Source of the DNA: Octopus bimaculoides
Lineage: Eukaryota
Direction: 5' to 3'
DNA length: 64,000 nucleotides
NCBI RefSeq assembly: GCF_001194135.2
Contig: NC_069003.1
Span: 17,569,991-17,633,990, forward strand
This document shows, one piece after another, positions 1-12,822 of this stretch. A program made the position numbers and the translations under genes. The notes beneath the pieces were generated by a model that was not told the origin of the DNA, searched no databases, and worked only from the letters and a program-made list of their open reading frames with translations. Position 1 is the stretch's first letter. Each line of letters opens with the position of its first letter.

Positions 1-182
1 TGCCTGCATATAGTAAATATGTTTAATAAAGAAAAAATTTACTTAAAACTCATGAAATTAGGTAAGTTTTTGTGATTTAAACTAATATACTAAAAATATA
101 AACATTCTGATATAGCAAAACTTTAAGAACAGTCACTATAGAGTTTGTTTAATTAGAATATGTAAGCTGAAGTATCTAATTG

Positions 183-2830
183 CTATTGGCTAAAAATTGG
201 TGGGTGATAGAGAAAATATGACTGTAGATTTTGTAAAGGTAGCAGTGATTTTAGTTTGTGTAATAATAAAAAAAAATTTGTTGTACAGTGTAATCGCTTT
301 TGTAGTGTGGTTGGCACAATGGCTCTTTGTGCATACATCAACACATTGTCACACATTGAGAAATGGTTTGCATTTGAGTTGCACATATTTTTATCTCTTT
401 TAGCTTTCAATATTTCTGTAATCTTTTTAATGAATTTATTATTTTCTGATTTTAATTTTATGTCTTGTAAAGTAATTGGCAGCTCATGTTTGATGTTACA
501 CAAAACATTTTAAATTTTATTTTTTGCTCACAAAGCAGCAATCATGGTATCTTTAAATGGTTCAGCATTTTATGAAATCAGTCTTGATAAACAATCAGCA
601 TGACCTAATTTCTTGGATGGTATATACTACATCTTAAAATCATAATTTAATAATAACGTACCCTAGCATTGCAACTTATTAGCAGTACAGATAGAAATTC
701 CTTTCTTCAACCCATATATCGATAATAATGGATGATAATCAGTCTGTAGTAGGAAATTTTTACCATGTAAAAATCTGTGAAATTTTCATGGCAAAGCCTC
801 TTTTTTGATTTTGCTGTAATTTTTTTCAGCTGATATCAGAGAATGTGAGGCATGAACCACTGCCTTCATGTCATCACCTTTATATTTATGTAGCATAACT
901 GCTCCTATACTGTACTCACGTATTCAGAAGCATCTGAAGCTACAACAATCTCCGTTGCAGGGTTGAAGTGTGCTAATGACAAAACAGATATTAATATTTT
1001 TTTAATTTTATCAAATGCCTTTTGACAATTTTCTGACCAATTCCACTTCACATCTTTTAGAAGACTATTCAGTGGAACCCTCACCTTATGCATATTTGGA
1101 ATATAATTTTGGTAATAACTTGCCAGCCCCAAAAAAAGTGTGTACGGTTACAGTATTTGTCGGAGGCGGCAAATTTTTTATTGCGTCTGCAATTGAAGGA
1201 TCTGGTTGGTGTCCATTTCTGTTGATAATTTGTCCTAAATTTGTCCTAATTTTGGTGAGAAAAATACACACTTTTTTTCAATTTTCTCGAACATATTTTA
1301 CATGTTCTACTTGTTGGTCACCGGATTTGCTTTTAATGAGTGTATCATCCAGATATGGAATTGCGAATACACAGTCTGCTAACATTGCATCCATAATCTG
1401 TTAAAAAATCACCAGTGTGATTTTTTAGCCAAATGGTAACCTGTTGTATTTATACAGTCCTTTATGTGTGTTAATTGTTAGGTATTTAGAGCATTCATAA
1501 TCTCCTCTAATTTGTAGGTTTGCATCACAAAGATCCAATTTAGAAAATATCTTGCCACTGTTTAATTTTGTGAAAATATCCTCTGGAGTAGGTAGTGGAT
1601 AGTGGTATGTTTTAAGACATTCATTTAAACCAGTGGGAAAATCAGCACACAGTCTGATTTTATTATTCTTTTTCTTAACATACACAGTGGGTGCTGCCCA
1701 TTGACTATAGTCCACTTTTTGGATAACTCCAATTTTTCCTAGTTTCTCTATTTATCTGTTCTAATGCTGTGAACGGTACAGTTCGTTTTTGTTTAAATGT
1801 CAGTATGGTGTTTTCTTTTATTTGAAACTTTGCCTTCATTTTGGTGCACAGATCTAATTTATCAGACAGAACCTCAGGAAAAATCTATTTTAATTTTTTA
1901 AAATTTGTCTGACTGGCAGAAAAACCATTTACATTTTTACAGAAAAGATTTAAGGGGATGGTTCCATAAGTTAAATAATTCCATCCAGTCAATTCCAAAT
2001 AAATTTGTCATACTATTCGACACAAAAACTTTGGCTTTTAAAGGTTTTTTCATGAAATGTAATGTCATTTATCAATTTGTCCTTAAAATATTTTTTTCCT
2101 GAAACACCACGAGCAATTTTTGAAGTTTCTTTTAATCTAGGTCTCCTGATTTTTTCCATGTAACTATTGAGATATCACTACCCATATCCAATTGTAACTT
2201 TATGTTTGTGTTATTAATTCTTACATACACAGTTTTCCTTTCAGTTCCTATTTCTTGTCAGCGATAACCTACTTACATGATTTTTTCTGTTGAACTGTTT
2301 TTTAGGTTTTGTTTTACAGTGTGATTTTTTATGACCTATCTTACCACACTTGAAGCATTTTATATTTTTAAACAGACAGTTGCTTTTAAAATGTAGACCA
2401 CTGCACCCATAGCATGGATTTGGTCTTGACAGTTTTTTTCTAATCTGATACCAATTGACATGCATGAATATGAGAGCAATCTTTCTCTTTAATTCTATCT
2501 GCGTCTTGTCGTAGATTTATAATCCTGACATTCTTCTGCTACTGCCTGTAGAGTTAAATTTCAGTCCTGTTCTGCATCTTTGCTTGCAGTAAGCCCTTGA
2601 ACAAAAATTAAACACGGGATCAACTCATTCAATTTGAATTTCTCACACTCTCTGTTAACTGCTTTGGCATAGGTGACAAAATTTTTTTTCACCAAATTTA
2701 AATATTGCCAGTGAGTATTGAACAGGGAACTTCTTTCACTGAAAATTTTCTATAAAATAGTGTTTCATCGAAACAAATTTCACCTGGTTTCTTTGGCAGA
2801 ATATAGCTACAATATTTTTTGTGTTCGGCA
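183..2830 (-). mobile_element. Decayed Ty3/Gypsy LTR retrotransposon internal region (gag-pol)
   Basis: Gag with CX2CX3HX4C and CX2CX4HX4C knuckles (2241-2465), RT (WAAPTVYVKKKNNKIRLCAD...YNRLPFG, 1425-1715), RNase H entry (VASDASEY, 905-1132) and pre-integrase segment (183-503). Many frameshifts. Confidence 0.85.
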
Positions 2831-2832
2831 GG

Positions 2833-3078
2833 GAATAGGAGTGGCTGTGTGGTAAGTAGCTTGCTTACCAACCACATGGTTCTTGGTTCAGTCCCACTGC
2901 GTGGCACCTTGGGCAAGTGTCTTCTACTATAACCTCAGGCCGACCAAAGCCTTGTGAGTGGATTTGGTAGAGGGAAACTGAAAGAAGCCCGTCGTATATA
3001 TGTATGTTTGTTTGTCCCCCCAACATCGCTTGACAACCAATGCTGATGTGTTTACATCCCTGTAACTTAGTGGTCAAC
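2833..3078 (+). mobile_element. tRNA-derived SINE, family A
   Basis: Head GGCTGTGTGGTAAG..GGTTCAGTCC, then CCTTGGGCAAGTGTC and GGAAACTGAAAGAAGCC. More than 10 copies in the window. Confidence 0.75.
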
Positions 3079-3079
3079 T

Positions 3080-3566
3080 CAAGTGAAATAATAGTTGTGG
3101 CCAATGCCAGTATCATGTAACTGGCACTTGTGTTGGTGGCACATAAAAAGTACTCTTCAAATGTTGGGTGATATGCCTGTCAAGCGAAGTGAATCGTAGT
3201 TATGACTGATGCCAGTATTGCATAACGGGCACCGGTGCTGGTGGCATGTAAAAAGCACTGTTCGAATGTTGAGCCTCACATAGGCAGTGACAAGTGACCG
3301 AGATCTTTAGCAATATACTCTGCTTGAGAAGACCTGTAAAGCCAAGTGGGGTTGTAGTTATGGCCAACGCCAGTGTTTCGTAACTGGCACCCATGCTGGT
3401 GGCACATAAAAAGCACCCACTACACTGTTGGAGTGGTTGGCATTAGGAAGGGCAGCCAACTGTAGAAACCATGCCAAATCAGACTGAAGTATGGTGCAGC
3501 TCCCAGGCTGTTAAACTGACCAACCCATGCCAGCATGGAAAATAGATGTTAAATGATGATGATGAC
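3080..3566 (+). mobile_element. RTE LINE 3' UTR fragment ending in (GAT)n
   Basis: Same tandem units and AACCCATGCCAGCATGGAA...(GAT)n tail as the RTE at 26040-27890. Confidence 0.7.
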
Positions 3567-3599
3567 TCTGCAAATGAACAATCTGGTGTCTTTATTTCA

Positions 3600-4470
3600 A
3601 TGGCCTAGCAATGTATGCAATGAATTTCTTTGTCTTGGGTGTGTGGAAGACACTTGGCAAGAAATGGAAACAAAATTGAAAAAAGAGGATGATGATGATA
3701 ATAGAAGAGTGGCCATGGACTTTTACAACTTGAATTAACAATGATGAATGCAACAATTGGCCTAAACACTTAACCTGAAAAATTCTGATGACTGGATGCT
3801 AAAACTTGTCTTAGAGCATGAAAACAAGAAAGTCTCATACTCAATAACAAAACAGGCAAGGAAATATCTAAGTGAATTCCAAATACAAGCAAGTCCTAGA
3901 ATTAGATGTACTGGAAACAAGCACAGAAAAAGCTAAGCATATGAAAACCCTTGCTAAAACTGCTGCCTTAGTTATTCACACTGATAAAAGGCAAGAAAAA
4001 CCTCTCAGTGGCAAATACCCAAAAAGAGCTAACAATGCTGATGTTGACAAAGCCCTTACCCATCAATGGTTAGCATTTTCTGGCTTAAAATCAGAGACAG
4101 AAGGGTTTATCATAGCTGCCCAGGATCAATGCCTACCTACAAGAAGCTACCAGGCCAACATCTTAAAGAACAGTTTCTAGTACATGTTGTGTATGTAAAT
4201 AGCAAAATGAAACTATTGATCAGTCTCCATGTGCAGCCTTCTTGCACCTACAGAGTATCTCAACAGGCATTATAGCACAGTACAGTAAATTGACTGGGTA
4301 ATTTGCAAAGACCTGGACCTGGTGGAAACACATCTCACTCCTTTGGAACTTCACAGTTCGAACTGACACAAAGATAGATTCAAATAGGCCAGGCATTATA
4401 TTGAAGGATTTCAAACAAAAATCATGCCTCCCCATCACTATTACTGTCCCAATGGAAATAAATGTATCTG
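3600..4470 (+). mobile_element. R4/Dong-like RLE non-LTR retrotransposon fragment
   Basis: ORF 3872..4180 contains HQWLAFSGLKSETEGFIIAAQDQCLPTRSY, the post-RT motif of R4-type elements. Decayed. Confidence 0.7.
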
Positions 4471-4489
4471 TCGCTGAGTACTCCACAGG

Positions 4490-4712
4490 CATGCATACCA
4501 TAATGTAGTTCTCAGGGAGATTCAGATTCACACAGAATGTGACAAAGCTGGTCCCTTTGAATTACAGCTACAACTCATTTTGGCCAGCTGAGTGGACTGC
4601 AGCAAGGTGAAGTAGAGTACCTTGCTCAAGAACACAGCGCGCCACAGGGAATCGTACTCATGACTTTATGGTCATGGACTGAATACTCCTAACCACTGAG
4701 CCACGCACCTTC
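4490..4712 (-). mobile_element. tRNA-derived SINE, family B
   Basis: Head GGTGCGTGGCTCAGTGGTTAGG...GTGTTCTTGAGCAAG. Related copy at 59400-59645. Confidence 0.6.
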
Positions 4713-5199
4713 AGTCTCTTAACCGTAGAGAAAAGGAGTGAATCGATAGAGACAGAAAAAGGAAAGCCTAAGTCATTTACAATGACAATTAGACTGAAAT
4801 ACGCTCAATCTTTTCTAGCTTCTTTACTTTTCACAATGAAGAAGCGGTAAAGACATTTAGCAATGAATAGAGGGAAAGTCTTTCAGGTGTTTACGTTTTT
4901 ATTCTGGGAGTTCTAGAATAATCGAGTGTTAGTTCTCTCTTCATTGCCCCATCACCGGTACTTATTCACCTTCTTTCATAGTTCTTTATGTCTTTTAGTT
5001 GTGAGGGGGGAGACCATGTTTGTTTTTCAGGCATGTTTAATGCTTTCTCTACAAACTACAAACAAGCCTGCCTCCCTAATGCAAATTCCAAATGGGGTAC
5101 AGCTGTGAAAAGAACCCAGAAACATGGGTAATACCCCCTACAAAATAATAATAATGATGATGATGATGATGATGATGATAATAATAATCCTTTCTACTA

Positions 5200-5358
5200 T
5201 AGAAACTGGGGGAAAGGGAGCTGGTACTTATTTCACAAATTCTGAAAAGATGAAAAGCAATGTCAACCTTAGCGGAATTTGAACTCAGAACGTAGAGATG
5301 GACAAGTTGCTGCTAAGCATTTTGTCCAGCAAGCTAATGATTCTGACAGCTTGCTGCC
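5200..5358 (-). mobile_element. tRNA-derived SINE, family C (partial)
   Basis: Matches 56194-56414 (GTTCTGAGTTCAAATTCCGC...TTTCATC). Confidence 0.6.
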
Positions 5359-6357
5359 ATGATGATGATGATGATGATGATTCCTTTTCTTCAGAAGTTC
5401 AGACAAAATTTATTTATCTTACTACAACATCAACATGGTTAACAATAGTTAAGTTAATCCTTTTGATACCATGCCTCCTCAGACCATTCCCCTTGGTTCC
5501 AGAATACAAGTTCCTGGTTTTAAAGTGATCTAAATTAAAACTTCTTTCATCAAAATTTCATGTTAATTTATGTTACAAACATCAGCTTAATAATTGTTTC
5601 AAATTTTGGCACAAGACCAGCAACTTTAGGGATTACATTCACTCAGGTAATAGACTGATACCTTACTATATTAATCACAAAAGGATGAAAGGACATTTGT
5701 AACAAGAATGTAAGGAGCTGGAAGAAATGCTGCTAAGCATTTTGTCCAATGTGCTAATACCTTTTCCAGCTTGTTATCTTAAATAATAACAAAGTTATTT
5801 TACTAAAGTTTTCATTATTTTCAAAATTCATTTTCCAGCACTAGGCTGGAACTGATTTACTGCTGTGTACACTAGAGTCACATGAAATCAAGTCTAAACA
5901 ATTGAACTTGCAACCTTGTGATCATAAACCCAACATCTGAACCACTAGGTATGCACCTTCACATCCTACATACATATATAACTAAATAGAGAGATATACA
6001 AAATTATACACACAAACATAAAAGAACTATATATATACATCCATACATATATATTTAGGTAGTAAAGAAAGAAGTACTCAATACCATAAAGTAGAGTCTT
6101 AACTTTTACTCCAGCAATTACCAACAGTTTTGTTGTGTAACAGCCACACAGTTCTTCAGGCTGTTATGTTGGAATAAAGTCTAAAACTCTATTCCAGCAC
6201 AGACACACAAATATGTATACACACGCACACATACATTGGCACTTACACAAATATGTATATACCCATATATAAATATATGTCTACATACACACAAAAACAC
6301 ACTCTCCGCACATACATATAGATGGATAGACAGATATATATATATATATATATATAT

Positions 6358-7313
6358 NNNNNNNNNNNNNNNNNNNNNNNNNNNNNNNNNNNNNNNNNNN
6401 NNNNNNNNNNNNNNNNNNNNNNNNNNNNNNNNNNNNNNNNNNNNNNNNNNNNNNNNNNNNNNNNNNNNNNNNNNNNNNNNNNNNNNNNNNNNNNNNNNNN
6501 NNNNNNNNNNNNNNNNNNNNNNNNNNNNNNNNNNNNNNNNNNNNNNNNNNNNNNNNNNNNNNNNNNNNNNNNNNNNNNNNNNNNNNNNNNNNNNNNNNNN
6601 NNNNNNNNNNNNNNNNNNNNNNNNNNNNNNNNNNNNNNNNNNNNNNNNNNNNNNNNNNNNNNNNNNNNNNNNNNNNNNNNNNNNNNNNNNNNNNNNNNNN
6701 NNNNNNNNNNNNNNNNNNNNNNNNNNNNNNNNNNNNNNNNNNNNNNNNNNNNNNNNNNNNNNNNNNNNNNNNNNNNNNNNNNNNNNNNNNNNNNNNNNNN
6801 NNNNNNNNNNNNNNNNNNNNNNNNNNNNNNNNNNNNNNNNNNNNNNNNNNNNNNNNNNNNNNNNNNNNNNNNNNNNNNNNNNNNNNNNNNNNNNNNNNNN
6901 NNNNNNNNNNNNNNNNNNNNNNNNNNNNNNNNNNNNNNNNNNNNNNNNNNNNNNNNNNNNNNNNNNNNNNNNNNNNNNNNNNNNNNNNNNNNNNNNNNNN
7001 NNNNNNNNNNNNNNNNNNNNNNNNNNNNNNNNNNNNNNNNNNNNNNNNNNNNNNNNNNNNNNNNNNNNNNNNNNNNNNNNNNNNNNNNNNNNNNNNNNNN
7101 NNNNNNNNNNNNNNNNNNNNNNNNNNNNNNNNNNNNNNNNNNNNNNNNNNNNNNNNNNNNNNNNNNNNNNNNNNNNNNNNNNNNNNNNNNNNNNNNNNNN
7201 NNNNNNNNNNNNNNNNNNNNNNNNNNNNNNNNNNNNNNNNNNNNNNNNNNNNNNNNNNNNNNNNNNNNNNNNNNNNNNNNNNNNNNNNNNNNNNNNNNNN
7301 NNNNNNNNNNNNN
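6358..7313. other. Assembly gap (N run); others at 10145-10177, 36480-37263, 41885-41930, 51379-51388 and 61033-61340
   Basis: N runs, mostly flanked by (AT)n microsatellites. Confidence 0.99.
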
Positions 7314-7354
7314 AAACACACTATTTCTTTCTTTCTTTCTCTCTCTCTCTCTCT

Positions 7355-7592
7355 CCTTCATGCGCGTACGCACAGATTTGACTTCGCCATGTCAACAAAC
7401 TTCAAAATTGGTAAAAGTTTATCGATTTTTACAGGTATATGCGGGTACCTCTGAGAGAGAAAGTTGATGAAAATGCACATAGGGTCATTCCGAATCTTCT
7501 CCTAAAATTGGAGCGACATGCGTGCTAATTTGTGGACGAGCATAAACTACATTCACGTACACACACACATCCTCTCTTTTATATATATTGAT
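7355..7592 (+). mobile_element. Non-autonomous Helitron/HINE-like repeat (tentative)
   Basis: Ends in (CA)n then TTTTATATATATTGAT, resembling Helitron-derived 3' ends. No coding evidence. Confidence 0.3.
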
Positions 7593-7859
7593 ACATACAT
7601 CCACACACACATATATATATACAGATTGACAGATAAATATGTAGGTAGATAGATAGGTAGATAAATAGGGATAGATAGATATAGAGATAAATGAATACAG
7701 AGATAGGTAGATAGAGAGATAGATAGATAGATATATAGATATTTGGATTATTCCCTGGAATTAATTGATTCGTTTTGAAAAGCTGAAGAACTGGATGTAA
7801 AAAATTCAGAGAGCTACTATCTCTGCTCACAACAAAGGAATTCCCTCTGTTAGTAAAGG

Positions 7860-8260
7860 ACAAATTGTATGATGCCTATATGTCAAGTGCAATGCTGCAT
7901 GTTAGCATAACATGGATTTAGAAAGTGGAAGAAGAGTGAGAGTTGACAAGAAAGAAAGCAAGAATGCTCAACTATATGTTAGTATACAAGGATGACAGCG
8001 CATAAATAAGCCGAGAGAAAAACTAGGTATGAAAGGATTAAGACATGGGGTGCAAGAGAGGAAACTGAGCTGGCACAGACAGGTATATCATGTATAAGAA
8101 GGATGGTAGTTGGGTAAGAAGTGGCAAGCAACCACAGTAAAAGGAATTTGCAGAAGAGGAAGACCAAAGCAGGCACAAAAGAAAGAAGTTTAAGCTGACC
8201 TCTGTCGGCAGAACGTCAAGAAGATGACAAAGGATTATGACAAGTGGCAAGATGGTAAGC
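7860..8260 (+). mobile_element. RTE LINE C-terminal fragment
   Basis: Decayed LYDAY..AML and RGRPK motifs, homologous to 26980-27290. Confidence 0.5.
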
Positions 8261-8656
8261 AGGAGAAAACCCATTAAAGCATAGGAAAACAGACAAGAAA
8301 AATGGTGATGATGATGATGGCAGTGGTGAGGTATATACTGAGATTATATATATACACATGATTGTATAAAAGATGCATGAGCATATTAGATGTATTTCAA
8401 TTTCAGAGTATTCAAACATAGGGCTTGGGGTGACCTTTTGAGACATTGGGGGGGGGGGGAGTCCGCACACACACACACACATACTCTCTCTCTCACACAC
8501 ACACATTTGTTCAGTGCAGTTTAAACATTAAATAACATGACAACCAGTATTTAGAACTTCATGTGCCTTCCTATTCATGAAATTGTAGTTCTCTTGTTTG
8601 TTATGAATCCTGTATTTGAGAGTTACACAGAGTGTATGTAGAAAGTACAATGAAGC

Positions 8657-9024
8657 ATGAGAGATTGTTTAAAAGATATTTAGTTGCACCATCTTATGTA
8701 TGTTCCATTAATATAAGGTAACTATTAGTTACATAATGTAAATTACATAATCAACACTTATCATCAAATTGTCAGAGATATGTAACTATTATATGTAACA
8801 TTGGATTGAAAAGATCTTGACATAATTAACAGTTACTCACCATCTCCATGATGGTTGATTTGTCAACATCTTTTCAATCCACTTATGTTACATTTAAAAG
8901 TTACACATCTCTGATGATTTGACAATAAGTCTTGATTGTGTAATTTACATTATGTAATTGATAAACACCTTATGTTAATGAAACCTAAGTAATGTGGTGT
9001 AAATATATATCATAAACAATCTCT
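8657..9024. repeat. Imperfect fold-back (MITE-like) with arms of about 165 bp
   Basis: 8657-8825 is the reverse complement of about 8857-9024 (e.g. TTACATAATGTAAATTAC / GTAATTTACATTATGTAA; GGATTGAAAAGAT / ATCTTTTCAATCC). Confidence 0.8.
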
Positions 9025-9942
9025 TTCATATATATATATATATATATATGGTAAATGATTTCTACTACATCCTTAAATTGACCAATGCCTTGCAAGTGAA
9101 ATCTGGTAGGTGGAAACTGTACAGAAACCTGTTGTGTGTGTGTGTGTATTTATGTGTCTTCACAATGTGATCCTGTGAACAAAAACCAGTGACATTGTTT
9201 AAGCCATTTGTACACAATGTCCAATAGCTCAGTGGTTTTGCAAAAAAAAGAAAGCTGGTAACAGGAAGTACAACCAGCCATAAAATACTGTCTCAATAAT
9301 CCCATCCAACCCATGCCAACATGATAAAAAAAAAAGATGAATGTGAAAATAATGAAATATATAGCACGTTTCATCACAAGGTCCAGTACCTTGTTGGGCT
9401 AACTTGTGTGTCTCAATGACTGTCAGAGCTATGCCATTGGAGTGCAAACTACTGGTAAGGTCTCTTGTGCAGGACAGGTCAAAGGATACAGGCCAGACAA
9501 ATATGGATCACCTCTTCTTAGATGTGAAAATGGGTTTGCATAGGGCCAACACACCTACCTAGACAAAGCAAAGTTATAGAAGAATTGATGATAATAACAA
9601 GACCTGAGAGGAAAGAAAGTCCAGAGTTGGGAAGAGTTGTTAGTGGTCAATGCTCCATAGGGAGAGAAGGGAATCATGTAAATACAAATCACATTATAAA
9701 TGTGCATGACCATCGTCATCATAATTTTAAAAGGGAAATATGATATATTCATAATGTGGTGTAAATAAGCGTCCAAGGCATATTTTTTCTTTCCAATATA
9801 CCACAAAGACCTACCTGAACTGAGTTTATATTCATGAAAGAGTTAACTAGACTCCCCACATTTATAGATTAATTTCACCATCAGCTATGATGATTAATAT
9901 TTCTGTTTTATCAAAGATAGCATATTGTAAAGCAGCATTTAC

Positions 9943-10111
9943 CTTGACAAGGACACGTCCCTTGAAGAATTCAGGTGAGGGTAAACACTGCCTGATGACA
10001 TCAACAGGCTCCACATATAATCTATCTCCAAAAACTGATGTAATATACTGAGACATTTTCTGTTGCTGCTTTAAGCTACAATGGTTCTCAAGGCAGACTA
10101 TCACAGGATAG
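9943..10111 (-). CDS. PLCL: PLC-like exon I (169 nt: YPVIVCLENHCS...LPSPEFFKGRVLVK)
   Basis: ttctttcag|C ... AAG|gtaaat. End of the X box. Confidence 0.95.
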
Positions 10112-10769
10112 CTGAAAGAAGATATGTATATATATTTATATAAANNNNNNNNNNNNNNNNNNNNNNNNNNNNNNNNNTATATATATAAGGTCGTTTGTGT
10201 GTGTGTGTAAGTGTTTCTGTGTCTTCATGCTGCGATCATGTGAACAAGAACAGTGACATTATTTTAAGCCATCAATTCGTACACAATGTCCAATAGCTCA
10301 GTGGTTTTGTGAAAAAGGTTGATGGCAGGAAGTGCATCCAGCCATAAAATACTGTCTCAATAATCCCATCCAATAGATGTACAAAGGTTCACACACAAAT
10401 ATACATGCAGGTGTGGCAGGGTGATTAAGAAATTTGCTTCTCAGCCACATGGTTTTAAGTTCAGTTCCATGGTACAATGTCTCGAGCAAATGTCTTCTGC
10501 TATACCCACAAATCAATCAAAGCTTTGTCAGTGGATCTGGTAGACAACAACTGAATGAAGCCCATTGTGTATGTGTATACATACACACACACAGTTTTAT
10601 GCCTCCTTGTCTTGATATCTTACAAAATGTACTATAGTATTAAGACCATCACCATTATACAATGGAATATAGAATAGCAGTAATGTACTAAAGCATTTAC
10701 ACCATCAAAGTCACACTATGGTATATAGATGGCAGTCTATCAAGTCTGAGAAAGATGGTTCTGCAATTT

Positions 10770-11020
10770 TTTGTTGAACAACCTGTACAAATGATTTGCT
10801 TTATAGTGATCAAATGTATGTGCTGCACATTAGCTCATTTGCTCCATCAAATTGACGTTGCCTGAACAGATGCATGGTGTGCCACATGTCAGGTGTCAAA
10901 GTGATCAGAGAGCAACACAAGATGAAGTTTTTTGCTCAAGAACACATTGATTCCCGGATTGGTCAGTGCAAACTCATCTCGTGATCATGGATACAACACC
11001 TTAACTAGTAGGTCATGAAC
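10770..11020 (-). mobile_element. tRNA-derived SINE, family B
   Basis: Reverse complement of the 23030-23290 type. Confidence 0.55.
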
Positions 11021-11079
11021 CCTTACAATATGGTATATAGAACAGCAATAATGTACTGAATTTGAGAATAATTTCTTAC

Positions 11080-11200
11080 CTTGATAATTCAAAGCCATAT
11101 TTGTTGATGGTCTCAATGACACTTTTAAATGGTAACTTAGAAGAAAGGGTTCGTCCATGGTAAACTAGGGGCTCATCATCCGGTCCATCCCAACAGTCCA
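11080..11200 (-). CDS. PLCL: PLC-like exon H (121 nt: [22 protein letters not shown]...GFELS)
   Basis: ctctctctag|TG ... CAAG|gtaaga. X-box motif DCWDG...YHG. Confidence 0.95.
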
Positions 11201-11521
11201 CTAGAGAGAGAGAAACAGTTTGAGAATTCTTTCAGGTCATTTAAGTGATTTTCTTGTGACCAAATTTTTAACAAAATGTGTTTCAATTCATTTTGAAAAT
11301 AATCAAGAGTTTGCAGGAATTTAATAGCATACCTGGTGCTATCATTTATTAGGATAATCATCCCAGGGTTTGTAAAAGAACTTAGATGGTTCACATATAC
11401 AACAACGGAAGACTTTAATTTGAATATTAAAGTCAATGAAACTACCAGCTTTATGTCACAGAATCAGAAAATGTCTTTGCTAAGTTGGAATCAAAAGGAT
11501 TAGAGGATTAATTAAAGAACT

Positions 11522-11716
11522 GAGTAGGCAAGGCTTTGTGGTAAGAAGCATGCTTCCCAACCACATGGTTCCAGGTTGTCCTACTGCATGGCACCATTTC
11601 CACTTTAGCCTCAAGCTGACCAGAGCCTTGCGAGTAGATTTGGTAGAGAGAAACTGAAAGAAGCTAGTCATAAGATCATCATCAACATCTAACACCTGTT
11701 TTCCATGCTGGCATAG

Positions 11717-11756
<40 letters not shown>

Positions 11757-12822
11757 TCTGATCAATAAGTATCCGGACTATTGCCATAGTAATGAAGCTA
11801 AAACATGCAGGATGAAACCTCTTGGCACAGATTGACCTTGAACTCTGCTGTGCATGCACAGTAAGTTTTAACGTTGTAGCTCACTTCCACTGTCTACAGC
11901 AATGCTTGGAATGAAGGTGTCTAGCGTGTGATCGTCACAATGACCATGACAGGGAAAGTTGAGCAGAGAATCTGTGTCAAATTTTACCAAAAGCTTGGCA
12001 ACAACTGCTCAGAGGCCTATGCATAGTTTTCAAAACGTTTTCATCGTTCTCGACACAATCAAGGAGATCTTGTGCAACTGAAACCCGAGTGTTTTTTTGG
12101 TCAGCTGAAAGCAGTTTTGGCACAACTTAGCAGACACGCATCTCATACCCCAAATCTTCAGTGATAATGGACTGAACTTAAACCATAACTAATCTGCACA
12201 TCCTCTGATAACTCACGGATGGTGATTTGATAATTTCCCCTCACAGCTGCAAGCACATCTGTGATGTTTTTCTCAGTTCTGTCAATATCAACATTTTTTT
12301 GGTCATCTTAGAAACATCTGAACCACTCATACACTTGTGTGCAGCCTCTGAGCAGGAATTGCCATGACAACTTTCTTTGTTGTGGTCAATGCGACAATCA
12401 CACACTACATACCTTCCTTCCAAGCACTGCTGTAAACAGCAGAAGTAAGCTAGAATGTTAAAACTTCATGTGCATGCACAGTGGAGACCAAGGTCACTCT
12501 TTGCCAAGCAGCTTTACTCTGCATGCATTAGCTTCGTTACTATGGCAACAGTCCAGATACTTATTGATCAGACAACATAGATATATATCTGAGTGTGTCT
12601 TTGTGTTTGTATTTGTCCCACCTCCACCAGTTGACAATCAGTGTTGTTGTATTTACATCCCTGTAACTTAGCAGTTCAGCAAAAGACACCAATGCAATAA
12701 GTACCAGGCTTAAAAAAAAAAGTACTGGGGTCGATTCATTCAACTAAAAGTTCTTCAAGGCAGTGCCCCAGTATGGCCGTAGTCTAATGACTGAAAGAAG
12801 TAAAAGATAAAGGATAAGATAG
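11522..12822 (+). mobile_element. SINE family A copy split by an RTE tail and a mariner-derived fold-back element
   Basis: Head 11522-11670; body and tail resume at about 12590-12822. Confidence 0.65.
11751..12579. mobile_element. Non-autonomous mariner derivative with about 155-bp inverted ends
   Basis: GTCTGATCAATAAGTATCCGGAC at 11756 and its complement ending at 12573. Transposase N-terminus (MTGKVEQRICVKF) begins at about 11938. Confidence 0.75.

Noticed and set aside
2833-2900. SINE heads as tRNA genes (many copies)
   Set aside because: A and B boxes only, no closed cloverleaf, and continuous with SINE bodies.
6236-7467. Long ORFs across N runs (also 36190-37477 and 60985-61380)
   Set aside because: Artefacts of N translation and (AT)n/(ATATAC)n repeats.
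7790-7860. TACTAAC-AG branch/acceptor-like site on the minus strand
   Set aside because: The phase-0 frame required after exon I hits a stop within 10 codons and shows no PLC similarity.
8835-8870. Donor-like ATG|GTGAGT in the fold-back loop as a PLC exon end
   Set aside because: No good acceptor or PLC-like frame upstream.
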